NCBI GenBank assembly: GCA_012295275.1
Contig: CM022667.1
Coordinates: forward strand, 5,704,001 to 5,768,000
Direction: 5' to 3'
Length of the DNA: 64,000 nt
Source of the DNA: Chrysomallon squamiferum
Taxonomy: Eukaryota > Animalia > Mollusca
In this document: positions 1 through 21,874 of the stretch, piece by piece
Layout of the letters: the number at the start of each line of letters is the position of its first letter
How positions within the stretch are numbered: position 1 is the first letter of the stretch
Program-made: the position numbers and the translations under genes
Notes under the pieces: generated by a model
The model's database searches: none
What the model saw: only the letters and a program-made list of their open reading frames with translations
Told to the model about the DNA's origin: nothing

Positions 1-2475
1 TAAAAGATAAATTTGTTTCTTTTCAGTATATTTTTGTTCCTTTGTTTGTCAGTTTTTTTTTTACTTAATTTTTATTTAATTTTTAATTCTAAGGATTCTT
101 ATTAACATTTTACTGCCTTTCATTTTTGTTTCACTAAATACATATTTTCTTTCATGATAATATTATTTTATTTGTAAGTGAAAATGTCATTGTTAAATAG
201 CACATTCTGGTTGCTCTTAATAATTTTCCTTGAACATACAAAGATAAAAATTGATAAGAGATTTAGAATTTGTATTTTTCTAATATAAAGTCATTTTCTA
301 AATAACATTTCTTTTTTTTTTATCAGAATGAAAAGACGTGTATGAAACTTAAGACTTTATTTTTAATGTTGCATTTCACTGAACCAAATCAGAGACACAG
401 ATTACAAGTACAAAGTGAAATGATCAGAAACTAGAAAACTTAAGTTGATGTTACTGACTAATGTAAATGAATTTTAAAAGCAGATCTTTACAATTTATGT
501 TTTAATGGGCACTGGTATTTAGTGGGAATAACCCAGTGGGGGTTGTCCCCCTTCATACAAATTATTTCCTTAAACAAAATCCTGTTGAAAAAAACAACAG
601 CAAAAAAAAAAAAGTAAACAAATAAAATCAAACAAAATAAAATAATGTTAACAATAATAATAATAATAAAGTAACCCTGGTTCGATATCTAAAATAACCA
701 GATTTCTAGAATCACAGCTGTCACATTTGGAAGACAGATTTCAGTGAGATTTGCCAGAGTTCAGTTTGTGCACATTTTTGTTTTATTTTGTTTCTTCCTC
801 TTCACCTTTTGCAGTTTGCTTTAAATATTTTTTTAAGAACTTTAATAGCAGTAACATTGAAAATTTTGGTGAAAGGGGTTTCAGATTTGTATTTCCTTCT
901 GTGTTAAATTATTAATTACATTTTTTTATTAAAACAATCATTTTTCTATGAATTTAAAACATAATTAGTTTTATCAAATGGAACACATATACTTTTGAAA
1001 ACAAAAAAAACCCTATTAACATATCACACTCTAAATTTAGATTTTTGTAAACAAGTCTGAGACAATTATTTTTAATTTTATGTAAAAGATAAACTGAACA
1101 TAACAGGATACAGTGACACTGAAACTCATATGTAACTAATTTCTACAGTGTCCTCTCATTTGTCACACATCTGATAACAACACATCTCATGGCTGAGTGA
1201 ACTGCTGACTGTATTGTCTCTACCTAGTACGGAATAATGGACTCATCTTCCTGTAGGTTATAGAGTCAGCTTAGGGAATAATTAAACAAACCCCTACTAA
1301 CAACTGAACACAAACACTGAACAGATATTATGTTAACATCCATAACATTACACATTCAGACACAACACAAAGCTAATATGAATGATACATGGAGCTCTAG
1401 GGCATATATTAGAGTGTTAGAGTACATATCAGTTTATACATGTGTGCAGCGAAGTTAAATTATAGTGGTTTGATTACTTAGTCACTAAGCTGTCTAGGGG
1501 AGACAATCCTTTCTAATGCCTGTGAATATATTTATCCCTAGACTATACACATTGATAATCAAACAACAATTAAACTTTTATCTAAACTGTGCAATATCTT
1601 TAAAACCTTCTCTTTTAAATAATATTTTTAGACAATTAAGATGAAATAATAAGTAAAATATGTTTTGGTATTAATTATTAATTCTAATAGAATATCAAAA
1701 ATGGCTTATATTTTTGTAAAGATTTTATCAGTAAAAATAAATAAATTATCAATGATGATAGACATAAAATTAAATATTTATTTGTTTTTCATGTTATTTT
1801 AGTCTTAAAAATAATAATAATAATAATAATAATCAAATCAAAAATTAAAATGTAAAAAAGTGTATCAAATCTTTTATAAATATCAGAAGTTTGTACTAAT
1901 AAATAATTCTTTTCTGCAATTTGTGAATATTTTAAAAATTACTACATAACAATTAATTATTTAATAACAGATAAAATGTTTTTAGCTAAATTATTTTCAC
2001 AGGCAGAAGTATTAAATGTAATTATGTATTCATAATTTAAATGTGACCAAAATTATGCCTGGTTACTAACAGATGTTGCTGAATCCTACAAAACTCATAT
2101 TTATCTCAAAATTAATAAATGTATCGAAAACTGTAATCAGAGAGGAATATGTCAGAGGATGTTACAGATCAAATCAGATTTTAATTCTTACTTTTCAGAG
2201 GAATATCTTTAAACCTTGAAATAATTATAGAACATTTAATTAATAGTGTTAATCTTATTATTATTATTATTTTAATATTAAATTAATTTTCAATTTCACA
2301 TGTTCTACTTTAATTCCATACTTCAAAAAAAAAAAATAATTATAAAACAATAAATAAATAAATTAAGGAAAACGAGGTAGCTACTGTGAATGAGAATAAA
2401 AGTAAAATAATTTTCACAGCTGACAAGCAATCGAGACTGAGAGTCAAGAAGTTTTAACAGTTTCTGTAAATTTAC

Positions 2476-2542
2476 CTGAATACGTGACACTGTTCAAGAC
2501 GAACACCATAAAAATCAGTTTCTTATCAACCGTCGAAAACAT
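2476..2542 (-). CDS. Signal-peptide (leader) exon of a gene continuing off the left end of the window
   Basis: ATG at 2542 reads MFSTVDKKLIFMVFVLNSVTYS-G then gtaaat. It is 67 nt with a phase-1 donor, the same layout as the other leader exons here. No downstream exon was identified in 1-2475. Confidence 0.55.
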
Positions 2543-5496
2543 AGTTTATTAATTATAAATACTGACAAAGTTTTAAATTAAAAATCTCCTTCTCACAACA
2601 ACAAACGATGTTTTTTGCTGGCAGTTCACTTCCTGGTTTGTTTTTGTCAAAATGCATACATCTCTCCGGATTTAGTTAACGCAGTAACATCCGATTTTTC
2701 ATCTGAAGTTTCTGAATTATGGTGAATAAATAGCTTGTGAGTCCTTGCTTTTTGTAACAGTTACATGTGATCTTTTGATACCAGAGACTAATTCAACGCG
2801 AACTGCCACTGTTTACATTACTGAATATGAAATCTAAAGTATTATCTGCACTGTGTGTAGTAGTACAAAGGCTTATGGCCCTTGAAGTGTATAAACTTGC
2901 ACAGTTATTAGCGCTAAGAATTTGTTTCACTTATTGTGACTATTACAAAGTCGAACGCAACATGATTGTTTACCCTTACTTATTTATGTATTATTTCCAT
3001 TTTATTTATTTATATATATATATATATATTCTTACTTTATTTTTCTTACTCGTAATGTAACTTACTTTATAAAAGTGAGCAGTAAAGTATGCTCTTCTTT
3101 TAGCCATACCAGGAATGTATAATTAAATTAAACACAAGACAACTTTTAAACATTTTGATTAATTACTAAGTGAACCTGTTGGAAATCAGTAGTGATATGA
3201 GACAATTGGTTATTCTTCTTTTTACTTACTTTTAAAAGTTAATAATTTATTAGTTACTGAACACGAGTGTTATTTCTGGTATAACTGGTCGGTCTTTGTT
3301 CAGATTAATGTTTGTAAACAGCTTAGTAAACATCACAGCACCCGAAATGTTACTTTGACATATTATGTAGAAATTGTTATAAAATAAAACACTTATAACA
3401 TAGACATATATATTTAAAGGAGAAATGATTTAATTTGAATATATTATGTTTTTTTTTTTTTTTTTTTTTTTTTTTTTCAGCTTAGCACTCATATAATCTT
3501 AGTAGCTCACTTTTCTTCTTTTGTTTTTCTCTTTTCTCAGCGACTGTTAGGAGATTTCACAATTTATGTGATGAGGGGGATTGGATAGAAAAGAAATTAA
3601 CAAACTGACGGAGAACAAAACTTTTATTTGGCTACAATCACTTTATACAAATCAAAAACTAAAACTGCACAGTATTGGTTATAAAGCAAGTAATCAGTTT
3701 TCTCTGTTTTAGAATTCATAATTATTTTTATTTGGTAATCTTTATAAAATTATTGTTATACCAATTATTCTTACTGTTATTATTATTTCGTATTTTTCTT
3801 GTTGTTTGTTTAGGTTTCGTTTAATATTAATATTAATCCATGAGCTAGACAATTGAAGCTGAATACCAAACTGGTGAACAGATCCAATGAAAATGTTTTG
3901 TTAGTGCAAATATCCGACATTAGCTGACATTTTTGACTGGTAGCGTTGTGACGTTTTTCCTACCTTCTTAGTAAATACGAATTTAAAAAATCAGAGTAAT
4001 AGAATTTATTTATTTTTTTGTGATAAAATTTTAGCTATCTCTGAAATAAAAATAAAATGAAATGAATGAAAAGAAAAAAAAAAGAAAAGGGTACAAAATA
4101 AAGAAAAGAAAAAAGTCAGAGTAAATGATTTCGGTAAACTAATTCAGTATAGATAAATGATTTCAACATATTTTATCTACCAGTGTGTTGTTTCAGGTAT
4201 TTATTCTGTAAATGAAGTCTGGCGTTTATATATTAAACTAAACAAGGTTTTTACCCTCATATATATATATATATTAATTCTTCATTTCTTGTTTTCATCA
4301 TCATCAGTATTTTTTCTTGAAATAAATTATGGTAATTTAAAAAGAAAAGTATATATATATGTTCTTTTAATCAGAAGAAAAACTTTTATGAAAATATACC
4401 AGAATAAACTGAAATTTAGATAAAAAAGCAATTAATGTTAAAACTGAATCACAGTGAAACACTCTGTGTATATGCATGAAAAGGAGTGATTATTCAACAA
4501 ATAAATAAGCAAATAAAAATAATCATCGAATGTTATGAAAACAAAAACAAAGAGTACGTTTGTTAGAGGAAATAGTTCTCTTTATTACTGTATACGGTGC
4601 ATGCTCCTTTGAACAAAACTGCATGTTCACTTAGCCAGGAGAAGATGGCAATTTTCAGCTGATTTAGGCTTTTCAAAATTGTAGAAGAAGAAAAAAGGAA
4701 GACAAAATGTCAATTATTATAACAGTACCCTGATTTAAACAAGATATATTAAAACTGAATTGAAATGGAAAGGACATAAACACCTTACCTGTCAGTATTT
4801 AGTGATTTTATAAAAGAAAGTTCATGTACTTATACAACCTTATTTAACAAAATAAATAAATAAAAAAGTGACATATAAGCTAATCTGAACAAAAAAAACT
4901 TAAAATAAAAAATGCAATTAATAAATAAATAAGTAAAATAAAATAATAGTAAAATAAACAAAAAAAATGAACAACACAAAGAGATATATCTAGTTTCAAC
5001 ACTGTCTCTGACTTGTGTTTTCATAGACAGTGAGTACTGAGTATGGTGAGTCTTTTCTAGCTTCCAGTGATGAGTAATTGTTTGTAGTATCTTTTATCTC
5101 TCTCAGTATCTGAAACCAAATATGTAATAGTTGCACATCATGTCTTATACAGTAGCAGTAATAACAGTAATATCAGAAGTAATGGAAGATCAGCACACAA
5201 GGTACGTAGCAACTAAAATAGCTGTCTGTGTGTTGATCAAAGAATGAAATTTAAAGATTAGTTATTGTTTTCAAAATATAACAGATCATATTGACTAAGA
5301 TTTTATATTGTGCCTATTCCATTTATAATTCATAATTATATATTCATGGTTGTAGAGACATAATCTATGAATCACAAAATATTTTATTACTATAGTTACA
5401 GTGAGCAGATTGATATACCATCTGTCTTTCCTGTCTAGCCTAGACAGATTTGATAATAGTAATTAAAACCTGCTATTTTAGCTAAATGTTATATTT

Positions 5497-5531
<35 letters not shown>

Positions 5532-6074
5532 ATACTATAACACACTGTATTTATGCTGATTTTGATTACTTCTCTCTTTCAGTTATTTAATAATTTATTA
5601 TTATTATTATTATTATTATTTGTTCTATTCTAAAAACTAGCAGGTTTTACTGACTTTGACTTTGTTGAAGATCGTCATAGAGAGATGATTCCTGTACTCC
5701 AGTGTTAAACTGTCTGAAACAAACAAACAAAACTCTCCGATTATTGAATTATATTATTTTTTTAGCATATTAAAATAACATCTTTAAGATAAATAAATAA
5801 ATAAAGAAGCAAAATTAATAAAAGGATTTTAAAAAATAAATTTAAATAAAAAAATAAATTAAAAAGCAATAAATTTGTATAATTATTAAGTGAACTCAAC
5901 ATGTAGTGATAAACAATGTATGTTTCATATCAGTTTAACTTTCATCTTTATTTTGGTGTCTCAATATATGTAATATTAAATACCTTTCTGTATAAACGTG
6001 ATCTGTTATACACTTCTCTAAAATAAAAGAAAAAATCAAAATTAAAAGTAAAAGAGGTGAAATAATATTAATTA

Positions 6075-6319
6075 GATCATCAGTCCTGAATCCCTATAAA
6101 ATTACAAAAATAATAATAACAATAAAAAAACCATAAATTAAAGAAAAATATAAAAGAAATTATGTGCAACGATAGAAGAAAACAAAATAAATTCATTAGA
6201 TGATCTGTCCTGAATTTCTATAAAATTACAAACATAATAATAACAATAAGAAACAACCATAAATTAAAGAGAAATATTTAAGAAATTATGTGCAAAGAAA
6301 CAAGAAAAATAAATTCATT
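6075..6319. repeat. Two ~125-bp tandem copies in an intron of gene A
   Basis: gtcctgaat..ctataaaattacaaa...ccataaattaaaga...gaaattatgtgcaa...aataaattcatt occurs twice in succession. Confidence 0.8.
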
Positions 6320-6416
6320 TGAATGTAGGAGTGCCTTAATAATAATAATAATAATAATAACAATAATAATAAAAAACAAATAAATCAAAAAAGTAAAAAA
6401 AGTAAAAAATATTCAC

Positions 6417-6535
6417 TTGTTTTAATCCAGTGAATTAAAATAATAACTGCACCGATAAGAAGAATTGCAAGCAGTGTAATTCCAATTCCAATACCAATTC
6501 CTGTCCACAGTAATCTGTCCTTTCTGATGTACAGT
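6417..6535 (-). CDS. Transmembrane exon (gene A)
   Basis: LLWTGIGIGIGITLLAILLIGAVIILIHWIKT between a ttcag acceptor and a gtgaat donor. Missed by the ORF track frame. Confidence 0.8.
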
Positions 6536-6540
6536 CTGAA

Positions 6541-6623
<83 letters not shown>
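6541..6623. repeat. (TAA)n microsatellite
   Basis: Seen directly; it explains the poly-Y ORF. Confidence 0.95.
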
Positions 6624-6626
<3 letters not shown>

Positions 6627-6959
6627 AAAAAAATAATAGTAATAGTAATAATCATTGATATATAATTGGAAAAATATTTTCTAGTTGTACCTCAAGTTAA
6701 AGTAACTTGACAATTATTATAAATTTAGCAATCACACAATTATAATAATTCATATTAACGTTTTCGGCAGTTTTACTGTAAAATGCCTATTAAATTAATA
6801 TTTCACTGTACTGAAAGTATAAAGGGAAATTAAGTCAGTGCAGTAGCTCCATTCAAACTTTGACTATTACTCAGGGTAATTATCATCAGTTTCTTGAAGC
6901 CTGTTTCAGAAACTTTTTGTATGTGTCATTGTTAAAAATTTATTTTTAATTGAATTTAC

Positions 6960-7263
6960 CACAAACAAATATTTCCTTTTCCTTGGTAAAGTGTTTTGAA
7001 TCCAAATTTGTTAAAAGCCAAAACTCGAATCAGATATCTGGTGTTTGGTTGTAAACTAGAAATCTCTGCTGTGTGATTTGTGTGAAGACCTTTTTCACCA
7101 AACTGTTCAGTGAGATTTGTCCACTCAGATGTTGTGTCTGCTCGATACTGTACAAGAAATGTTTGTTGTGATCCTCCATTAAATTCTTCTGTCCAAGACA
7201 CTGACACTGAATGTGGACCTGTGATCCAAGTTCTCACATCAGAGGGAACAGTTGGAGGACCTT
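6960..7263 (-). CDS. Fibronectin type III domain exon (gene A)
   Basis: GPPTVPSDV...SVSVSWTEEFNGGSQQTFLVQYR...W...ISSLQPNTRYLIRVLAFNKFG is the FN3 signature (W, Y, LxPxTxY, V-A-N-G). ttcag acceptor and gtaaat donor. Confidence 0.9.
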
Positions 7264-7699
7264 CTGAATTAAACATTTTATCACTGGTTTGTTGAAAATA
7301 CTCAAAGGTTATAAATAAAGATTTATCTCATATAACTGAATACATGAATATTTAAATGTTTTGAAACTGTAGTTCTACTTCAGTTGAAATTAAATCTTTA
7401 TCTACAATTCTGAAAGAAAAATCATGTTGTTGGTTTGATAATAGTAGAAATGTTTTAAACTTGAACTTTCAAATCAGATTAATTCATGAAGAAAACAGCT
7501 AAAATGTTACAAACTTATCTGTCACAGGCTCAAATATCATTTATGCAAACGATGAACAAGAGCTTCACAAAAGATAGAAATGATATTGAATGACACACAC
7601 ATGCACATGCGCACAAAACATCATTCTGACCTGATACCATACCCATTTTATGTAGAATTTTTAACTTTCTTACTATTACTATTTTATTATTATTATTAT

Positions 7700-7730
<31 letters not shown>

Positions 7731-7862
7731 GTCATTTGTGCAGACAATATTTTAAAACAAAATATTTATATTCAGCTTTTTAAGCAAATAAAAAAACATT
7801 TGAATACCTTCTTCGAAGAGATTTGTTCCACAAGATCTGTTACAAATTAGATTCTACTGATA

Positions 7863-8062
7863 NNNNNNNNNNNNNNNNNNNNNNNNNNNNNNNNNNNNNN
7901 NNNNNNNNNNNNNNNNNNNNNNNNNNNNNNNNNNNNNNNNNNNNNNNNNNNNNNNNNNNNNNNNNNNNNNNNNNNNNNNNNNNNNNNNNNNNNNNNNNNN
8001 NNNNNNNNNNNNNNNNNNNNNNNNNNNNNNNNNNNNNNNNNNNNNNNNNNNNNNNNNNNNNN
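7863..8062. other. Assembly gap (200 N)
   Basis: Run of N. Confidence 1.
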
Positions 8063-8081
8063 ACTTTGTTCTTCCACAGAA

Positions 8082-8151
8082 ATGGTTTTTGACTGCACTA
8101 TTCTTCACATTGCTGTGATTACTTTTATCTTCACCTGGGTTTCTGTTGAAG
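8082..8151 (+). pseudogene. Orphan signal-peptide exon, paralog of the gene B leader
   Basis: ccacag-aa-ATG, MVFDCTILHIAVITFIFTWVSVE-G, then gtgagt; 70 nt like 13194-13263. Its downstream intron (8640-8760) resembles 13370-13500, but no Ig exon of its own follows. Confidence 0.7.
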
Positions 8152-9360
8152 GTGAGTGTTTTTTAACTATTTTAACTATTTAGGTATTTAGATAGTTAAT
8201 CTCTTTATAGTCAACATTACAGCCCATCTTAATATGACATTATAATGGGTCTAATGGCACAGCACATTCTGTGCATCAAAGCTCAGAACAGACCATCAAC
8301 ATAAAGAAGAATGCTAATTCTTAAACCAGTTGTAGCACTTTTATTCTTTTCATATTTTTCTTGAAGAATGTCATGGTATAATTTGTTTTAAGTCACATAT
8401 ATGGAATCTAATATCAAATCACAAGTACTTCCAATTTTTGTACCGAGGTTTTAATGCTTTGAAACATTAGAACATTAAAAACATTAATTTTGATTATATA
8501 ATAGTTCTAGTTTATTGCGATGAAGAAGTGTATGTGCTTAGGTTTTCCTGTATATGAACAAGAGAACTTCTAAAAATAATGTAATAGTAGAAGTGTAACA
8601 TGTTACATATCTCATTTTGTTAATTTCCATTAACCATCTAAAGGAATATTTCCTCAATGAGTGGAAGTTAATTGCCTCATTATTTTATTACTTCAAACAT
8701 GTTTTGTTCTCACTGAGTGAAATTAGATATTTACAGCCAAATATAGAATTGTCTGGCAACACTTGAGGTACCTCATCAGCTAGAGTTGCATGTATTCTAG
8801 AGTAAGTTCTGAGTAAGTTCGATTTGGCCAGGCATAAAATTAATAATTTTAAAATTACTTTCATTGATGTAGACTCAGTGGTTTTCTGTTTCATGATTAT
8901 TGTTTTTCATTTTATGTTTTTATAAATTTGTTTCATCTATTTAAGGAAAACTGTTAGTCAAAACTGTTTGAGTAACCAATATTTATTTTTGTTTTCTTTT
9001 AATTTGTTTTACATATTTCTGTTTGGTAAGTAAATTTATATTCCAAAATATATCTATCCAAATTAGCATACATACAAATAGTCATATTTACATAACCTTA
9101 AAATGTTATACGAGAAATTCAGACATCTGAGTGTATGTTGATATTTTGGGTATTGGATCATTTCATTATTGCATTGTTTACTTCATTATTTATTTATTTA
9201 TTTATTTTTATATTTTTAATATATATATGCATGTGTGTGTGTATTTTTGTGTGTATGTGTATGTGTTGTGTACATGTGTATGGGTTTCAATTGTTAGTTG
9301 TTTTTGTAGTGTCCAGGTTGCTTTGTTTTTCCTTTGATTCAATGTTTTTATTTACTGCAG

Positions 9361-9982
9361 GACGTAGATGATATTTATCAACTGTGGATAAATCTAAGAA
9401 GCATGGAGTGGATAAAAAATAAGTTAAAACATAAAGAGAAGACAAAGAAAACTGGTTTGTATGACAGAAATTTCTAAAATTATATTGCAACAGTTTTATT
9501 TATATCACATCAGTAGAAAAGAAAGAGATAGAAGTTATTTGGTTTTACATTTCTAATTTAATTAAAGTTTTAGGCAAATGTAATAAAGAGATGTATATCT
9601 GGAGTATGTTTATAACTTTTTCTGATCTTATTTGTTAAGAAAACCTATTTGACATCACACCAAATATAAAACAGAAGATTTCTTTGGTATCTTCTCTGAA
9701 TGTTCATTTGTGTTTGAACACATGGAAACAAGCCGCTGTTTTTGATACGTTATATATATGGAATAATTTTGCTTTGTTAATTTTGGTCTAGTCTTTAATA
9801 ATATTCAAAATTTGCTTCTTACTATTGTTTGTTTTAAATTTTAAGAACAACTTTTGGTATTATTTTGTTAATGAAGCATTATTATTTTAAAAAGAATATG
9901 AAGATTAGGACAACTATGGTAATGACAACACTGCATTTGTTAAAGATAAATCATCAAACAAAAGGACTAAATGGAAAATCAG
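9361..9982 (+). pseudogene. Relic cytoplasmic-tail exons (DVDDIY.. and ..NYGNDNTAFVKD)
   Basis: ctgcag acceptor then GAC GTA GAT GAT ATT TAT. A second exon at 9895-9982 has an in-frame TAG. Homologous to 21875, 27240 and 58803/59345. Confidence 0.55.
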
Positions 9983-10070
9983 GTTTGTACTTTTAAAATT
10001 TTGTTTATGATATATTTTGGACAATCATGAAGATTTTGGGATTTTTATATTTTAAAACGTGATAATTAGG

Positions 10071-10189
10071 GTCTGAGCTCAGTGTTACAAAATGAGAAGA
10101 AACCAGATGAACAGAAGCACACATGCATTGTGACTAACAGAGTGTCAGCCATAAATCTCTCACTAAAAGTTTCACCTTGAAAGTACACT
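10071..10189 (+). pseudogene. Ig (C2/I-set) C-terminal half relic, frameshifted
   Basis: Copy of 59521-59640, which reads GSELSVTNVRRNQTEQKYTCTVTNRVSAKSLTKSFTLKVH. Confidence 0.55.
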
Positions 10190-11046
10190 CTGATTTTTAT
10201 TTAAAATAATTTTAGAAATTTATTTATTTATAACGGATCTAAATTCATTTTATTATTATTATTATTATTACATATTATTAATAGTAGTAGTAGTAATTAT
10301 TGTTAGGTGACCAATGATAGCTAAGTGTATATAAAGTAGACAATAAACAGTAATGGTACAAAAATTTTCTTTTATTTCAGTTTTGATCAGATCACAAACT
10401 CAGTATAATATAATGGCAGCAGCAGATATTTTGAATTCTAACTGAAATATACAACTGAAACAAAGACAAAACCAAAAAGTCAAGGCTGTATGTACAAGCA
10501 ACAATAACTTTGAATTTTTAAATTTCTGTTAAAAGAGGATTGTTAGAGTAATTAGATAACAACATACTTCTTTGGTTCAGGAAACACATATAAGGCTTTG
10601 AAGATTTCTTTAATCAGATTTCAATGAAAACAAATATTTTGATAGGACATTAAAATTTGTTCACTATCTAATCTAGGATTTCGCTTCTATAACAAAAAAA
10701 ATGAATAAAAAAAGAGCAATTACTAGATGCTTGGAACTTGGATCCTTTTGTCATTTTACTTTGTTATTAGCAGATTTAAATTGGTCCAACAAATCAATCA
10801 CTTGTAAATTACACTAAATATTTATATGTTATAGTTTTCTAGGTATTGCCTTGCCTCTTCCTTTGTGTCACACCCTTTCAAGCCAGTAACTTATGATGAT
10901 TTATCTGAAACTGTTGTTTTACTCGGCTTCCTCAATTGTATTCATGGGTAAACATTTCTCCTTCTTTCCTCAGACACACACATTGATATGCATATGCACT
11001 GATTTAATACAGACTGCAAACATTTTAATTTTTCTTGTGTTATCAG

Positions 11047-11250
11047 AAGATACAGAAAACATTAAACTGAACAGAAGTTCACCAGTACAGATAGTAGAAG
11101 GTAAAACGTGGCTGTTTCGTGTGTGAGGCAGACTGGATGAAGTCTGCTCTTAAAAAGTGGAAGTGTCAGACAAAGGAAAATAAACGACGCTGTACTTTTC
11201 ACCAACAATTGATAAAACAACAAGAGTCTGCTATGCATTCTCAAACATTC
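11047..11250 (+). pseudogene. Ig C2-type exon relic
   Basis: atcag acceptor then EDTENIKLNRSSPVQIVEGK, continuing through frameshifts as ..CEAD.DEVCS*KWKCQTK..NDAVL; has the Ig B-strand Cys and C-strand Trp pattern. Confidence 0.55.
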
Positions 11251-11799
11251 AGGAAGCCTGTGGTTCCTTTGGATTGAACAAAAACAAAACCCAAACAAAA
11301 CAACAGCAGCCACAACTTTGTTCTCACTTACGTATACTTTATATGCAAATATTTTCACTTTATTTATTTTTATTTTATTTTAATTTTTGGGGGTGGGTGC
11401 GCATTTGCAGTATATTTTATTTACATATTTATATAATTTCTTTTGTAAATAATTAACTGTGTATCGGACATGGGACATTGCAAATTGCTTCATACAGAAC
11501 AATATTTATTTCGTTTTAAATAAAATAAATTAAAATAGAAATTAAAAAATAATAAAATAAAATAAATACATTGTACAACTATATGAATAAATGATCCATA
11601 ATGGTTTTTCACAGTAATGTTTTTTCCTGCATAGTTTTATTCGGACGAGCCATCAATATTTAAATTTATAATCATTATATTGGATGGTCAGACACATTTT
11701 CAGACTGTCCGTTTCAGGAACAACGACCCATATACAAGGCGTGAAAAAATGCCAAACAAATCTTCAAAAGGAACTAATACAAAAAGCTGCGTAACAGAG

Positions 11800-11890
11800 T
11801 ACAAGATTGAACGTGTACCAGTCTGTTAATTTCAGCGTTGTTTTTAAATTATTATTTTTTTTTCTGTTGTTTTGTGGTCTCTTGTTTACG
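11800..11890 (+). other. Probable non-coding 5'UTR exon of gene B (start approximate)
   Basis: Strong donor acg|gtgagt at 11890/11891 in a locally CpG-richer stretch. The leader exon at 13192 starts with an acceptor 2 nt before its ATG, so an upstream exon is required. Confidence 0.5.
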
Positions 11891-13193
11891 GTGAGTATTT
11901 TGCTATAATTATATTAAATTATCAGATTTTTTTTTTTTTTTATTATACACAAATCATGCGATAATTATACTGGATATCGTTATGTTGAAAATGATTCATT
12001 TTGGTTTAGAATAAGACGTTCTTGATATACTAACTACCGACAGGAACCGCAAGGTACTGAAGTATAAGCCGCGTTAAATGGTATCGATAGACACTAATTT
12101 TGTAAAGTGAAACTAATTAAGATATACCTATCTCAGAGTTCTTTCTTGAACAGTTAAATATATATATAAACACACACACACACAATACGTAAAAAGTACC
12201 TTGACTTTCTGAGTTTAATCGACTACGTGCCCAGATATCGAAAATTCTGACCAAACATTAGATGCAAAAAACCTCTTAGGAGACATGAGCTTGTCTACAT
12301 ACAACTGTTACACTCATTTCTATACATAACAAAATCTGAAGAGAAAGAAAAGAACCATTTAGGTTTGGTTGCAATAAGCACAATAAATGGCGAAACAATT
12401 CAATATATCTGATCAAACAAAATCTACTTCTGTGGGCAGTTTTTACTGTTGCAGTTCTTCTGAGCAAAGCTGTTTCATTTCAGTTTAAATGCAATTCAGT
12501 GTCATTCTACTCTTCATTGCCAAAATATGAATGTTGTTAAACATTACCAATAATTTGTTCTGTCTGCTAATATTTTGGGTTTTGTGAACATTTCATTTGA
12601 GATAGAAAATAATATAATTAAAATAAACTTCTTTTGAGTTTTAAAAACGACAAAAGAAAAGACAACATTAAGCACAATGATCTTGTTACATAATATCAGA
12701 TGGGCAGACATCATTTGCATATGAATAAATACAAGTTTCTGGTGCCCTGATTTCATTTGTTCAAGATAAAATTCATTCATTTGTGAATGGCTTTTAATAA
12801 CTGTTTTGTTTGCAATCAGTCTGTTTTTGTCAGGAGGAATTGCCGAGCGATGGTTGTTCTTTATGTAACACAGAACATGCAAGAGTTTCCCCTTGATGTG
12901 AATGTCAAGCTTTATCTACCAATCAGAGCGATATATTTCTGATGTTGATCATTTCTGTATATCTCTGTAATAAAGAAAAAGTCATGAAAAATCATCAAAC
13001 CTACAAATTTATTGATCATGCCTAATTCTATTTCATGTATATATTAACATTGCCATATACTTGAATTAATGTTAACTGGTTTTCATCATAATCAATTTCA
13101 TTAACTGTTTTTTTCGCTGTTGGATAGTGTATGTGGTTGAGTTTAGATAAATTTATTGATACTGAAGTACATAATTTTGTTCTTTCTACAGAA

Positions 13194-21866
<8,673 letters not shown>

Positions 21867-21874
21867 TACTGCAG

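Larger units (their letters stand above)
4996..7263 (-). pseudogene. Gene A, 3' part: FN3 + TM + cytoplasmic tail with ITIM-like and ITAM motifs; frameshifted as assembled
   Basis: AG/GT-bounded exons: 7263-6960 (FN3), 6535-6417 (TM), 6017-5984 (KKCITDHVYTE), 5713-5655 (RQFNTGVQESSLYDDLQQSQ) and 5109-~4996 (NNYSSLEARKDSPYSVLTVYEN). Single-base indels in A-rich runs break the frame in three exons, so this is a pseudogene or a consensus error near the gap. Confidence 0.75.

Noticed and set aside
1223-1256. AG..GT-bounded mini-exon on the minus strand
   Set aside because: Stop codon in the phase needed to follow the 2542 leader.
7823-8108. ORFs spanning X runs
   Set aside because: Artefacts of the N gap.
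12544-12882. 112-aa ORF repeated at 62043-62381
   Set aside because: Antisense within an intron, no recognisable domain. Its conservation only reflects the recent duplication.
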